A model generated the notes under the pieces. The model searched no databases. It was not told where the DNA came from and was given only the letters and a program-made list of their open reading frames with translations. A stretch of DNA of 64,000 bases from a virus. Below are positions 19,567 through 29,868 of the stretch, one piece after another. Positions within the stretch are counted from its first letter, which is position 1; each line of letters starts with the position of its first letter. The translations under genes were made by a program, and so were the position numbers. The stretch is from positions 18,254 to 82,253 of IMG/VR virus record IMGVR_UViG_3300032050_013007; one strand, given 5' to 3'.

Positions 19567-20981
19567 TTACAATAGGATATAGCACAAGAAAAACAAATCC
19601 CCAATACCAAGAAGTATTAAAAAAATCTTGCGGATTAAAAAATGTAGAAGTTATCGAGATTGTAAATGATGGTGTAATGTCGTTACCCGAGGCTTACAAT
19701 AAAATACTTAAAGAGTCGTCGAATGATATCGTTGTTTTGTGTCACGATGATTTGGAATTTGATACAAATAATTGGGGAAGTAAATTACTAAAACATTATA
19801 CTAAACATTCTGAATATGGTATTATTGGTATGGCGGGTTCTAAGTACTTACCTGAGAGTTCAAAGTGGTGGGAAATACCTCAAACAATGTATGGTATTGT
19901 AAATCATAAAAATGAAGGTAAAAAATGGACTAGCACTTATTCAAAACACATCAATAATAACATTGAAGAAGTTGTATTGATTGACGGTCTTTTTATGTCG
20001 TTGAATAAGAAAAAAATTAAACACAGCTTTGATGAGGAATTTAAAGGATTTCATTTTTACGATTTATCTTTTTGTATTCCAAACCATTTAGATGGAGTTA
20101 AGATTGGGGTTGTTACCGACATCAGAATAACTCATCTTTCAATAGGTATGACCAACGATAGTTGGGAAAATAATAGGGTATTCTTTTCTGAAAAGTTTAA
20201 GGAGAGTTTACCGTTAGACATTACAAATGATGGTGTTTGTGAAACATTCATATTTTGTCACGACCAAGACATTATTTTAGATTATGAATCTTCAGGTAAA
20301 TTTAATAATTTAAAAAAATACAGATATGTTTTTTTAGGTAATAGACCAACAGATAAGATTGATAATAATGACAACATTATAATCGCAAGGAATCTTGAGC
20401 ATAACTTGGAGGAATATCCTAATATAAATGCATACACAGGATGGTATGCGTTATGGAAAAACAATTTGATTACCACACCTTATGTTAATTTATTTGAATA
20501 CGATGTTATTCTAAATAAAAATATTGAACAAGTAATGAGTAAATTAATGTACGATGGTCAAAAAATGATTGGGTATATTCCTTTCCCATGTACAAATTAC
20601 CATTTTATAGACAACAAGGATTGGGTTGCTGAGTTGTTTGACGCAATTAAACAAGTTCATAAAATTGATTTAGAAAAAACTATTCGTCTTTACATGAAAC
20701 AAAATCCTAATATGATTTGGTCTACGACTAGTAATTGTACTATGGAAGTATCATTTTTTAATGATTATATGAAATGGTTTGAGCCACTAGCTCAATTAAT
20801 TAAAGGTTCAAAAACTGCGGGTCACGGACACGAAAGGTCAATGACTTTTTACTGTTTGATGTATAAACATACTCCATTTATAACACAAGGATTTATCAAA
20901 CACTATCAAATGAATTCACATGGAACCCAAGACCACCATGTTGATTATGAAAAAAACATAAAAGAATTAATAACAAATTAA
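19563..20981 (+). CDS. Two-domain GT-A glycosyltransferase (GT2-like plus second GT-like domain)
   Basis: AYNKIL...VLCHDD, IDGLF, FHFYD. Second domain has FEYD and HERSM. Confidence 0.75.
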   Translation: MITIGYSTRKTNPQYQEVLKKSCGLKNVEVIEIVNDGVMSLPEAYNKILKESSNDIVVLCHDDLEFDTNNWGSKLLKHYTKHSEYGIIGMAGSKYLPESSKWWEIPQTMYGIVNHKNEGKKWTSTYSKHINNNIEEVVLIDGLFMSLNKKKIKHSFDEEFKGFHFYDLSFCIPNHLDGVKIGVVTDIRITHLSIGMTNDSWENNRVFFSEKFKESLPLDITNDGVCETFIFCHDQDIILDYESSGKFNNLKKYRYVFLGNRPTDKIDNNDNIIIARNLEHNLEEYPNINAYTGWYALWKNNLITTPYVNLFEYDVILNKNIEQVMSKLMYDGQKMIGYIPFPCTNYHFIDNKDWVAELFDAIKQVHKIDLEKTIRLYMKQNPNMIWSTTSNCTMEVSFFNDYMKWFEPLAQLIKGSKTAGHGHERSMTFYCLMYKHTPFITQGFIKHYQMNSHGTQDHHVDYEKNIKELITN

Positions 20982-20982
20982 A

Positions 20983-21810
20983 ATGGAAAAAAAATTAAAA
21001 TGGTTTAGTTATCTAAATGATAACCCAAAAATGTTAAATGAGTATTTGGAATACTATAAAGTGGCAATTTATAGCCAAACTATAAATTGTCCGTCTTTAG
21101 AACCATATCTAATATATGATGGTGATAATGAAGAAGTAATTTCATTTTGCGAAAGAAAAAACATTAAATTAATAAAATACACGCCAAGGATTAAAGAGGA
21201 GGTAATTAAACATTATAGTGTACATCAACCAACTCAAGTTTTTGACGCGTTAGCTTGTTTTTTAAAACCTTACGTACCTCTAATTGTAAAAGAAATTTTA
21301 AAATCTGATGACGAATATGTTATTTTAACAGATACTGATGTATTGTTTTTGAATGAACCTAACTATACCGAATCAAATAAAATAAATTTCATAGGTGTTT
21401 CATCTGAGTTTGATATCAATTTATCCGACTTTAATGCCGGTATTATGTATTTTAACGTTGAGAATATGTATAATGACTTAGAAAATTTTGAAAAATTTAT
21501 AGTTAAAAATTTTGATAAGTTTAAGGTTTTTGACCAAGACGCGTTTAAAATTTATTATAGTGACCGAACTAAAAAATTACCTGTTGGATACAATTACAAA
21601 TGTTACTGGAACTATTCCAAACCTATCGATGAAATAAAAATTATACATTTTCACGGTTTAAAACCATATCAATATATGGATGTGTTAACCGGTAAAAATA
21701 CAAACCCAGTTTTAAAACCTATGTTAACTCCATTTTACATTGAAATGGTTGGATACTATAAGGGATTAAGAGATATTGAGAAGAAAAGTTATGAAGTACT
21801 TGAGTTTTAG
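20983..21810 (+). CDS. GT8-like glycosyltransferase
   Basis: LTDTDV, FNAGIM, DQDAF, IIHFHGLKP motifs. Confidence 0.8.
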   Translation: MEKKLKWFSYLNDNPKMLNEYLEYYKVAIYSQTINCPSLEPYLIYDGDNEEVISFCERKNIKLIKYTPRIKEEVIKHYSVHQPTQVFDALACFLKPYVPLIVKEILKSDDEYVILTDTDVLFLNEPNYTESNKINFIGVSSEFDINLSDFNAGIMYFNVENMYNDLENFEKFIVKNFDKFKVFDQDAFKIYYSDRTKKLPVGYNYKCYWNYSKPIDEIKIIHFHGLKPYQYMDVLTGKNTNPVLKPMLTPFYIEMVGYYKGLRDIEKKSYEVLEF

Positions 21811-22447
21811 TTTGTGGGGTGACGACCCATTATACAACGTAGGGGCGATAAAAAATGCCGAATTATCTAAAATGATTTATCATGATTGGAAGGTTGTTCT
21901 GTATTATGATAAAACAGTACCTGAAGAAACTATAAGTAAAATAAAAAATTTAGATGTTGATGTTATTGACATGAGTGAAAGTAATATTTATGGTTGTTTT
22001 TGGAGATTTTTAATATCAGATAAAGAGGATTGTGAATATGCTATCTTTAGAGACTGTGATTCTAGAGTAACCCTAAGGGAAAGATTAGCGGTAGATGAAT
22101 GGATTAATAGTAGGAAAACTTTGCACGTAATGAGGGACCATCCATATCATAGAATTCCGTTCGGAAATGATAGTTTGGGTATCTTAGCAGGAATGTGGGG
22201 TATTAAAGGTAAAGTTATAAATTTTAATGAATCAATTACAAATTTTATTACTGGTAAATCAAACTATTATGGTATTGACCAAACATTTTTAAAAACAATA
22301 TATAGTATGTTTGAAAAAGATAGAATTATTCATGATGAGTTTTTTGATGGTCGTCCGTTCCCAATAAAAAGAGAACCAGGAATTTTTGTTGGGGGTCGAA
22401 TCGGTATAAATGAAAAACCATTAGGTGAAGAACATAAATTAGTATGA
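21791..22447 (+). CDS. Putative GT-A family glycosyltransferase (SFSLWG type)
   Basis: SFSLWG..Y..GA..N, FWRF, RDCDSR, HVMRDHPYH, ILAGMWG, DQTFL. ATG 21791 preferred. Confidence 0.65.
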   Translation: MKYLSFSLWGDDPLYNVGAIKNAELSKMIYHDWKVVLYYDKTVPEETISKIKNLDVDVIDMSESNIYGCFWRFLISDKEDCEYAIFRDCDSRVTLRERLAVDEWINSRKTLHVMRDHPYHRIPFGNDSLGILAGMWGIKGKVINFNESITNFITGKSNYYGIDQTFLKTIYSMFEKDRIIHDEFFDGRPFPIKREPGIFVGGRIGINEKPLGEEHKLV

Positions 22448-22453
22448 TAAAAT

Positions 22454-23167
22454 ATGAAAATAGATTATTGTTTAATGGGGTCCACTAATGACCCGCTTTA
22501 TTTAGATTTTTGGCCAGTAGTATCTAAAGTATGGAAGGAAGTTTTTAATGTTACCCCTGTTTTAGGACTAATATGTGATGAAGATTCTGAATTATTAGAA
22601 GATGATTATGGGTTAATTAAAAAATTTAAAAAGTCCACAATCTGTGATGAATCCACACAATCACAACTCATTAGATTATACCTAAGTAGATTTTTAAACG
22701 GAAATTGTCTAATCTCGGATATTGATATGATTCCTGTCTCTAAAAAATATTTTATAGATGATTTAGTAGAATATGAAGAGAATGATATTTTAGTGATGTC
22801 ATCACATCATCCACAAACTATACACACAAATCAATATCCGATGTGTTATGTTTTAGGTAAATCAAACAATTTAAATAAATTATTCAAAACCGAATTATCT
22901 TGGGATGATTTTTTAATATCAACAAATCCTAATAGTTGGTTTTCGGACCAACTATTTATTTACAAATCAGTTCAAGAGTTTGGAACTGAAAATATTAAAT
23001 TCCCATATCGTAGTTTTGAAAACGATAGAATTGATAGAGCTAATTGGATTTATGATAAAAATCTAGTTACAAGTGGAACTTATATTGATTCTCACCTATT
23101 AAGACCTCTTAAATATTATAGAGGTCAAATCGAGGTATTAATTAATTTATTATATCGCCAAAATTGA
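22454..23167 (+). CDS. Putative nucleotide-diphospho-sugar transferase
   Basis: YLDFWP, SDIDMIP (DxD), WFSDQ, DSHLLRP. Lies within the GT cluster. Confidence 0.6.
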   Translation: MKIDYCLMGSTNDPLYLDFWPVVSKVWKEVFNVTPVLGLICDEDSELLEDDYGLIKKFKKSTICDESTQSQLIRLYLSRFLNGNCLISDIDMIPVSKKYFIDDLVEYEENDILVMSSHHPQTIHTNQYPMCYVLGKSNNLNKLFKTELSWDDFLISTNPNSWFSDQLFIYKSVQEFGTENIKFPYRSFENDRIDRANWIYDKNLVTSGTYIDSHLLRPLKYYRGQIEVLINLLYRQN

Positions 23168-23169
23168 GA

Positions 23170-23925
23170 ATGGATTTTATACTTGGTGAAAAATTTAAAA
23201 CAATCGTAACAGACAAAGTTTTTTATGTAAAAACTGAACATGTTAATAATTTTTTAATGAATCCCCCCAAACATGAGTTTATTTTAGTTTCACATAATAG
23301 TGACGGTAAGATTATCGATTATGACTACCTACATTGTGCGAATGTGAAATACATACCTAAAAATTTAATAAGGTGGTTTGGTCAAAATGTGTGTGTTAAA
23401 AATGAAAAAGTGGAATCAATTCCAATAGGTTTGGAAAATACTGAATGGTTTGTTGAGGAGAAAAAAATAGAGAATATTGAGTATTATAGAAACTTAAATA
23501 TTGAATTTGAAAATTTGCTTTATATAAATCATAACATTAATACTAACCCTATGGAAAGAATGGAACCATATAGATTATTCAAAGACTCTAAATGGGCGAC
23601 TTTGGTAATGGGTAGTAACGGGTCTAATTTTAAAAATTATATTGAAAATGTGAAAAAACATAAATTCGTATTGTGTCCTGAGGGTAATGGTACCGACACT
23701 CATAGAACTTGGGAGACATTATATGTTGGCTCAATTCCTATAGAAAAAAGAAATATAAATAATTCTTTTTATCAGGACTTGCCAATTTGTTTTGTTGATT
23801 CTTGGTCTGAAATAAATGAAGACTTTTTAAATTATGAGTTTGACAGAATTAAAAATACAAAATGGAATTTAGATAAATTAAATTTTAGTTATTGGAAAGA
23901 TAAAATTATAAACTATAGTAAATGA
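23170..23925 (+). CDS. Exostosin (GT47)-like glycosyltransferase
   Basis: HKFVLCPEGNGTDTHRTWETLYVGSIPI is the GT47 signature region. Confidence 0.75.
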   Translation: MDFILGEKFKTIVTDKVFYVKTEHVNNFLMNPPKHEFILVSHNSDGKIIDYDYLHCANVKYIPKNLIRWFGQNVCVKNEKVESIPIGLENTEWFVEEKKIENIEYYRNLNIEFENLLYINHNINTNPMERMEPYRLFKDSKWATLVMGSNGSNFKNYIENVKKHKFVLCPEGNGTDTHRTWETLYVGSIPIEKRNINNSFYQDLPICFVDSWSEINEDFLNYEFDRIKNTKWNLDKLNFSYWKDKIINYSK

Positions 23926-23970
23926 CTATAACTTTTTACTTAAAAAAAAAAATTATTATACTATAACAAC

Positions 23971-24618
23971 ATGAATGTAGTAATTTCAGTACTGTCGGTA
24001 GACACTCCCCCATTTACTGAACTTGAGAAATCAATTAGAGAAACTTGGTGCAATTTAAATAGACCTAATTTTAAAATATTTTTTTATTATGGCAATCATA
24101 ATAAAAATGAAATAATTGGTGACAAAATTTTTACTAACTCAGGCGAAGGGTTATACAATGTGGGATACAAAACTTTAAGAATGTTTGAAGTTATCTACAA
24201 AAACTATAATTTTGACTACATATTCAGAACTAACTCCTCATCTTATGTTGATATTGATAATATGTGTAACTTTTTAGTGGACAAACCTTTAGAATCTTTT
24301 TACTGTGGAGTTTTTGGTAAAAGTGGTAACATTGATTTTTGTTCTGGTAGTGGTTACTTTTTGAGTAGAGATTTGGTAAAAAGGGTTATAGATAACCAAC
24401 GTTTATGGAATCACAATTACATAGATGATGTTTCACTAGGATTATTAATGTCTCAATTAGGAATTAATAGGACTTTGGGTAAAAGATATGATTTTGATAG
24501 TGGTTTACCTATTAATTTAAATAATTACCACTATAGATGTAAAATATCTGATAATAGATTAGACGACATTAAAAATATGAATTTAATATACAATTTAAAA
24601 AAACAAAAATATGAATAA
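23971..24618 (+). CDS. GT31 (galactosyltransferase/Fringe)-like glycosyltransferase
   Basis: IRETW, KT, FDYIFRTNSSSYV, SGSGYFLSRDLV, DDVSLG. Confidence 0.7.
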   Translation: MNVVISVLSVDTPPFTELEKSIRETWCNLNRPNFKIFFYYGNHNKNEIIGDKIFTNSGEGLYNVGYKTLRMFEVIYKNYNFDYIFRTNSSSYVDIDNMCNFLVDKPLESFYCGVFGKSGNIDFCSGSGYFLSRDLVKRVIDNQRLWNHNYIDDVSLGLLMSQLGINRTLGKRYDFDSGLPINLNNYHYRCKISDNRLDDIKNMNLIYNLKKQKYE

Positions 24619-25195
24619 AATTAAAGAAAAGTACGATTACGAACAAAAAAACATTTCTGATATCAATGAACATATTTCTACGTTATATGAATATGGTCTA
24701 AAATGTAGTCATATAACTGAAATGGGTGTTAGATGGGTATCATCTACATGGGCGTTTTTATATTCTAACCCTAATAAACTTATTAGTTATGATATAGTTA
24801 AAGATGCAAATGTTAATGAAGTCATCTCTTTATCTAAAGAATATGGTATTAATTATGAATTTATTGAGTCTGATGTATTAAACATTAATATAGAACAAAC
24901 TGATTTATTATTTATTGATACTTTACACACTTATAATCAATTGTTATCTGAATTAAAATTACATTCAACTAAGGTTAATAAATACATAATATTACATGAT
25001 ACAGTTAGTTATGGTCAAATAGATGAACAAGTTTACAATCATGCAAGTCCAATTGTAAAAAATATGGAAAATAATAAAACAGGTCTTACTAACGCAATTA
25101 ATGACTTTTTATTATTAGATGTTGGTAAAACATGGTTTGTCTCTAAAGAATTTAAAAATAATAATGGTTTGACTGTTTTAGAAAAAAAAATATAA
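24611..25195 (+). CDS. Class I SAM-dependent methyltransferase (Methyltransf_24-like)
   Basis: EMGVR, DLLFIDTLHTY, YIILHDT. Confidence 0.8.
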   Translation: MNKIKEKYDYEQKNISDINEHISTLYEYGLKCSHITEMGVRWVSSTWAFLYSNPNKLISYDIVKDANVNEVISLSKEYGINYEFIESDVLNINIEQTDLLFIDTLHTYNQLLSELKLHSTKVNKYIILHDTVSYGQIDEQVYNHASPIVKNMENNKTGLTNAINDFLLLDVGKTWFVSKEFKNNNGLTVLEKKI

Positions 25196-25202
25196 TATAA
25201 TA

Positions 25203-25922
25203 ATGACAAGAAAAAAACCTATTTCAGTTCAAGAAGAACCTAAGAAAAATGTGAGTAGGAAAGACCAAATCACTGAAATAATAAAGAAAAAATCAAAAGA
25301 AAAATTTTTATCTGAAAATCAAAAAAAATACTACGATTTATTAGTTGGTAATCAAATTACCATTTGTTCGGGGCCGGCAGGTGTTGGTAAAAGTTATATC
25401 GCCATGAAAGCCGCTTTAGATTTATTATCCGACCCAACCACTCCATACGAAAAAATTATAATTGTAAGACCGGCGGTTGAGGCTGAAGAGAAACTTGGGT
25501 CGCTACCGGGTAATGTCGAAGAAAAATTAGACCCTTATATTTTTCCATCATATTACCTAATGAATAAAATTATCGGTAAGGAGGCCAGAGAAAAATTAAA
25601 GCAGATTGATGTTATTGAAGTTTTTGCTCTAGCTTATATGAGAGGTATGAACATTGATAATTCAATTCTTATTTTCGAAGAAGCTCAGAATTCTACTCCA
25701 AATCAAATGAAACTTTTGTTGACAAGGATTGGGTTTAATAGTAAATTTTTTATTTCGGGGGATTTAGAACAAACTGATAGATATAAAGACAAAAAACACT
25801 CAGGTCTTTGGGATGCAATTGAAAAATTCAAGGATTTATCTGACGTTGGTGTTTTTGAATTTGATAATCAAGATGTTGTTAGAAATCCTTTAATAAGTAA
25901 AATACTTAAAAGATACGAATAA
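25203..25922 (+). CDS. phoH: PhoH family ATPase
   Basis: GPAGVGKS, RPAVEAEEKLGSLPG, YMRG, EEAQN, GDLEQTD, VRNPL. Confidence 0.93.
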   Translation: MTRKKPISVQEEPKKNVSRKDQITEIIKKKSKEKFLSENQKKYYDLLVGNQITICSGPAGVGKSYIAMKAALDLLSDPTTPYEKIIIVRPAVEAEEKLGSLPGNVEEKLDPYIFPSYYLMNKIIGKEAREKLKQIDVIEVFALAYMRGMNIDNSILIFEEAQNSTPNQMKLLLTRIGFNSKFFISGDLEQTDRYKDKKHSGLWDAIEKFKDLSDVGVFEFDNQDVVRNPLISKILKRYE

Positions 25923-26602
25923 TGAGAATCGGTATTGAAATCAACGGTGTGCTTAGAGATACTATTAGTAAATTTACACAAATATACGAGAAAGAGTATT
26001 TAGGGGCCGAGGTAATTGAAACTCCATCACAAACATATACCTTAGATTTATCAGGTAATACTGAAGAAATATTACCATTAAAACCATTTAAATATGAAAT
26101 TATATCTGAGGTAAATTCCTTGGAGCTTGAAAACCATTTTTCGTTTCAGTCTAAGGAAGAATTATATTCATTTATGTTTGAGGAATATGTTATGGAGTTG
26201 TTCGGTCACGCCCCATCAACAGAGTACACCACCTTTAATGATTTAAATGATTTATATATTAAAATCAGAGATAACCATGAATTAATTATAATTTCTGATG
26301 AGATTGGTAAATCAAAACCGGCATCTTTATTTTTCTTATCAAAATTTGGATGTTTAATTGAAAAAATTGTGTTCTACAGTAATTCCACAATTAATTCAAT
26401 GTGGAATGAAATAGACCTTTTACTTACCTCCAATCCTAACTTATTATTAAATCATCCGTCAGAAAAACAAGTAATAAAGTTTGAGACGGTTTATAATAAA
26501 AACGTAAATTCCGAACATAGTATTTTATCTATTAAGGAATTTGAAAACAAAATAAATGAAATCACAAATGTTGAAAATTCTGAACGAACATTACTATCTT
26601 GA
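25922..26602 (+). CDS. HAD-like (5'-nucleotidase type) protein with degenerate motif I
   Basis: MRIGIEINGVLRD versus the canonical IxIDIDGVLxD. Confidence 0.55.
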   Translation: MRIGIEINGVLRDTISKFTQIYEKEYLGAEVIETPSQTYTLDLSGNTEEILPLKPFKYEIISEVNSLELENHFSFQSKEELYSFMFEEYVMELFGHAPSTEYTTFNDLNDLYIKIRDNHELIIISDEIGKSKPASLFFLSKFGCLIEKIVFYSNSTINSMWNEIDLLLTSNPNLLLNHPSEKQVIKFETVYNKNVNSEHSILSIKEFENKINEITNVENSERTLLS

Positions 26603-26837
26603 TTTAGATGAGATAGATAATTACATCAATATTGAACCTCCCGCAAATTTTACTGGGAGTGGTGAAAATCATATTAGTGTTGTAAAATACGAAATGGTTA
26701 AAACTCTCATTGAAATTTTAATGACTGAAAACGAAGGCGTCGACGAGACACTAGGTCCTAAAAATTCAGATTTATCAATCCCGTTTAAAATAGCGTTTAA
26801 TACACTTTTAAATAAAAAACTTTTAAATAAATACTAA
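26568..26837 (+). CDS. Hypothetical phage protein
   Basis: ORF in an operon. Start is 26556 or 26568. Confidence 0.7.
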   Translation: MLKILNEHYYLDLDEIDNYINIEPPANFTGSGENHISVVKYEMVKTLIEILMTENEGVDETLGPKNSDLSIPFKIAFNTLLNKKLLNKY

Positions 26838-26840
26838 TCT

Positions 26841-27908
26841 ATGAATCAAGAACAAATTTCAAAGTTAGAGAAATCAATCTCTAACATGAAAGAAAAAAAG
26901 TCCAAAATTTATTTTATTGTACAGGACACAAAAGGAAATGCAAAAGCTTCGGTGGCTTACATTTACCATATGGCAATGTCTCTGATGGAGAAAGGATATA
27001 ATTCCATAATACTTCACGAAAAACCTGACTACACAAATGTAGGTTCATGGATGGGTGTTGATTTTTTAAAAATCCCTCATAAATCGATTGAAGGTCAACA
27101 ACTTGAAATCGCGCCTGAGGATTTAATTGTAATACCAGAACTATACGGGTTTGTCATGTCTCAAATTACAAACTTACCATGTGGTAAAATCGTATTGTGT
27201 CAGGCGTATGACCATATGTTAGAAACACTACAGCCAGGTCAAAATTGGCAACAATTAGGGTTCTTAAAGTGTATTACAACCTCCGAGTTTCAAAAAGAAT
27301 TCATCTCAAATGTAATGAGAAACGTTTCATTTGACATTGTAGAACCTTTCATATCCGAACATTTCAAAAAGCAAAGTTTACCGCCAAAACCAGTAATCGC
27401 AATCCACTCAAGAGATGCTAGAGATACTGCAAATATAATTAAATCATTTTATCTAAAATTCCCACAATATCGATGGGTATCATTCAGAGATATGAGAGGT
27501 CAAACAACTAAAGAGTTTGCAAAAAACCTACAAGATTGTTTCCTTTCAGTATGGGTAGACGAAACAAGTGGGTTTGGAACATTCCCATTAGAATCTATGA
27601 AATCTGGAGTACCTGTACTTGGATTAGTACCTAATTTAACTCCAACGTGGATGAGTGAAACAAATGGTTTTTGGATAAATAACAAAAATCAAATTGTTGA
27701 TTTTATTGCTGATTTTTTACAAAATTGGTTGGAAGATAACATCAAAGAAGAACTTTATACAGAAATGCAAGTAACTGTAGATTACTTATCTAGTAAAGAA
27801 GAATTTTATAACAAAACAGTCGACTTATTTTTAAGTTATATTGATACTAGAGTAAATTCTTTCGAGGAACAATTAAATAAACTAACTGAAATTGAAACCG
27901 CTCAATAA
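26841..27908 (+). CDS. GT-B fold glycosyltransferase-like protein
   Basis: DLIVIPE and SGFGTFPLESMKSGVPV (GT4 E-x7-E region variant). Confidence 0.7.
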   Translation: MNQEQISKLEKSISNMKEKKSKIYFIVQDTKGNAKASVAYIYHMAMSLMEKGYNSIILHEKPDYTNVGSWMGVDFLKIPHKSIEGQQLEIAPEDLIVIPELYGFVMSQITNLPCGKIVLCQAYDHMLETLQPGQNWQQLGFLKCITTSEFQKEFISNVMRNVSFDIVEPFISEHFKKQSLPPKPVIAIHSRDARDTANIIKSFYLKFPQYRWVSFRDMRGQTTKEFAKNLQDCFLSVWVDETSGFGTFPLESMKSGVPVLGLVPNLTPTWMSETNGFWINNKNQIVDFIADFLQNWLEDNIKEELYTEMQVTVDYLSSKEEFYNKTVDLFLSYIDTRVNSFEEQLNKLTEIETAQ

Positions 27909-27909
27909 T

Positions 27910-28725
27910 ATGGAAACAAATAATAACTCTTTTAATGTTTCGGTTATATTACCGATAAAATCCGCAATAGTTCAAGGATTTGATGACTATTTTAAAAAAT
28001 GTATAGATTCTATTAAAAATCAAAAAGTAGGTATTAATGAATTAGTAATTGTACACACAGATGAAACTCAGTTGATTGAATTTTTAGATTCATATGATTT
28101 TGGGGAAATTAATGTAAAAAAATATTCCTGGGGTGGAGAAGCTAACTACGCGATGCAAATTAATTATGGTGTTAGTGTTGCCGAATCTGAGTGGGTGTCA
28201 CTTTTTGAAATTGACGATGAATATTCGAATATTTGGTTTAAAAATGTTAAAAAATATACGGAATCATACCCTGAAGTAAACGGATTTTTACCTCTTGTTA
28301 TTGATGTTGATGAAAAAGGTGTATTTGCGGGGTTCACAAACGAAGCGACATTCGCACTTAACATTTCGGCTGAAATGGGTTATTTAATGAACGAAACCTT
28401 ACACACATATCAAAATTTTCAAATTTCAGGAATGGTTTTGAAAAAAGATGTTTTCTTAGAATATGGTAAAATAAAACCATCATTTAAATTAACATTTGGA
28501 TATGAATTCTTTTTAAGGTTAACATATAATTCTGTTAAAATTATGACAATACCAAAAATTGGTTATAAACACACCAATATGAGAACCGGAAGTATTTTTT
28601 GGAACTATAAAAATGGTGGAGATGTTTTGACAGAAAATGAAGTAAAGTTTTGGATTGAGTCCGCGAAAAAAGAATATTTTTTCACAGGTGAGAGAGGCAT
28701 AAAATACGAACCACAAGAAGTTTAA
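27910..28725 (+). CDS. GT2 family glycosyltransferase
   Basis: VSVILPI, INYGV...EWVSLFEIDD. ATG 27910 preferred. Confidence 0.75.
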   Translation: METNNNSFNVSVILPIKSAIVQGFDDYFKKCIDSIKNQKVGINELVIVHTDETQLIEFLDSYDFGEINVKKYSWGGEANYAMQINYGVSVAESEWVSLFEIDDEYSNIWFKNVKKYTESYPEVNGFLPLVIDVDEKGVFAGFTNEATFALNISAEMGYLMNETLHTYQNFQISGMVLKKDVFLEYGKIKPSFKLTFGYEFFLRLTYNSVKIMTIPKIGYKHTNMRTGSIFWNYKNGGDVLTENEVKFWIESAKKEYFFTGERGIKYEPQEV

Positions 28726-29474
28726 TGACTGAAATCAGCAGTTTGTCCGGAGAAACAAACGTTGAGCTGAAGAAGAAGGGTAGGAAACCAAAACAGGCAA
28801 ATTATTTTGACGTAAGAGAGGAGCAAGCGGTAATTAGATTTTTACAAGCAGAAACTTTTGACGAAAAAAATAAAATATACAATGAGTTTCTAAGAAAGCC
28901 CTTAGATAAAATGATATCTTCAATAATAAGAAGATATAAATTATACAGAAAAGATATGGACTTCTATGAAATCCATATAGATACTCACTCGTTTTTGATG
29001 ACTAAAATAGATAAGTTTAAACCTTCTAAAGAAAAGAAGGCTTATTCTTACTTTGGTACTATTTGTAAGAATTATCTGATGGGTCAAATTATAAAAGACC
29101 AAAAAGATATGAATCGTAAAATATCTTATGAAGATATATCTAGTAATTTAGAAAACAACGCGGATTTTTCTTACAGTATTGAGAGGGATACAATAGATAC
29201 TGAAGATATTATTACAAATTTTTTGAAAGAAATTGATTATTTTTTACATCAAAGTGATTTATCTGAAAATGAGATAAAGTTGGGGCACGCTCTATATGAA
29301 TTGTTTGACAACTATAATGACATTTTTATTGGTAACGACAATAACAAGTTTAATAAAAATATTATTTTACTTTCTTTAAGAGAAATGACAAATTTGAATA
29401 CAAAAGAAATAAGAAGTTCTATGAAAAAATTTAAAACTATATATTTCAATCTGGTTCAAAAAATGATTAAATAG
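28725..29474 (+). CDS. Putative phage late sigma factor (T4 gp55-like)
   Basis: KFKPSKEKKAYSYFGTICKNYL resembles sigma region 2 of gp55-like proteins. Located at the junction into structural genes. Confidence 0.55.
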   Translation: MTEISSLSGETNVELKKKGRKPKQANYFDVREEQAVIRFLQAETFDEKNKIYNEFLRKPLDKMISSIIRRYKLYRKDMDFYEIHIDTHSFLMTKIDKFKPSKEKKAYSYFGTICKNYLMGQIIKDQKDMNRKISYEDISSNLENNADFSYSIERDTIDTEDIITNFLKEIDYFLHQSDLSENEIKLGHALYELFDNYNDIFIGNDNNKFNKNIILLSLREMTNLNTKEIRSSMKKFKTIYFNLVQKMIK

Positions 29475-29485
29475 TATTTATTGTT

Positions 29486-29857
29486 ATGCCAAGACCACAA
29501 AAAAAAGAAATAAATCTAACCAAAGATTCAATGTTGTCATTGATGCAAGAGATTTACAACGAACTTGTAGAACAGAGAAATACCGCGATTAGAATACAAA
29601 ACAAAATGTTGTCAATGATGAAAGAGACCGAAGACATGACAGTACTTGGTCCAATCATCAAAGAACAACAAAAAATAATTAATGACTGTGTTGAGAAAAA
29701 ATTAACTCTATCAAAGTTACAATCTTCATTATGGGAAAAATCAAACTCAAATCAGGAAAGTTTTTCTATTAATGATTTAGATGTTGATGATGAGATGTTA
29801 CAAAATTTGATTGAAAAAGATATTTCAAAAAATGACGGGTCATATAAAATGAAATAA
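29486..29857 (+). CDS. Hypothetical coiled-coil protein
   Basis: 123-aa ORF with GTATTTATT at 29474. Confidence 0.75.
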   Translation: MPRPQKKEINLTKDSMLSLMQEIYNELVEQRNTAIRIQNKMLSMMKETEDMTVLGPIIKEQQKIINDCVEKKLTLSKLQSSLWEKSNSNQESFSINDLDVDDEMLQNLIEKDISKNDGSYKMK

Positions 29858-29868
29858 TAACTCAAATA

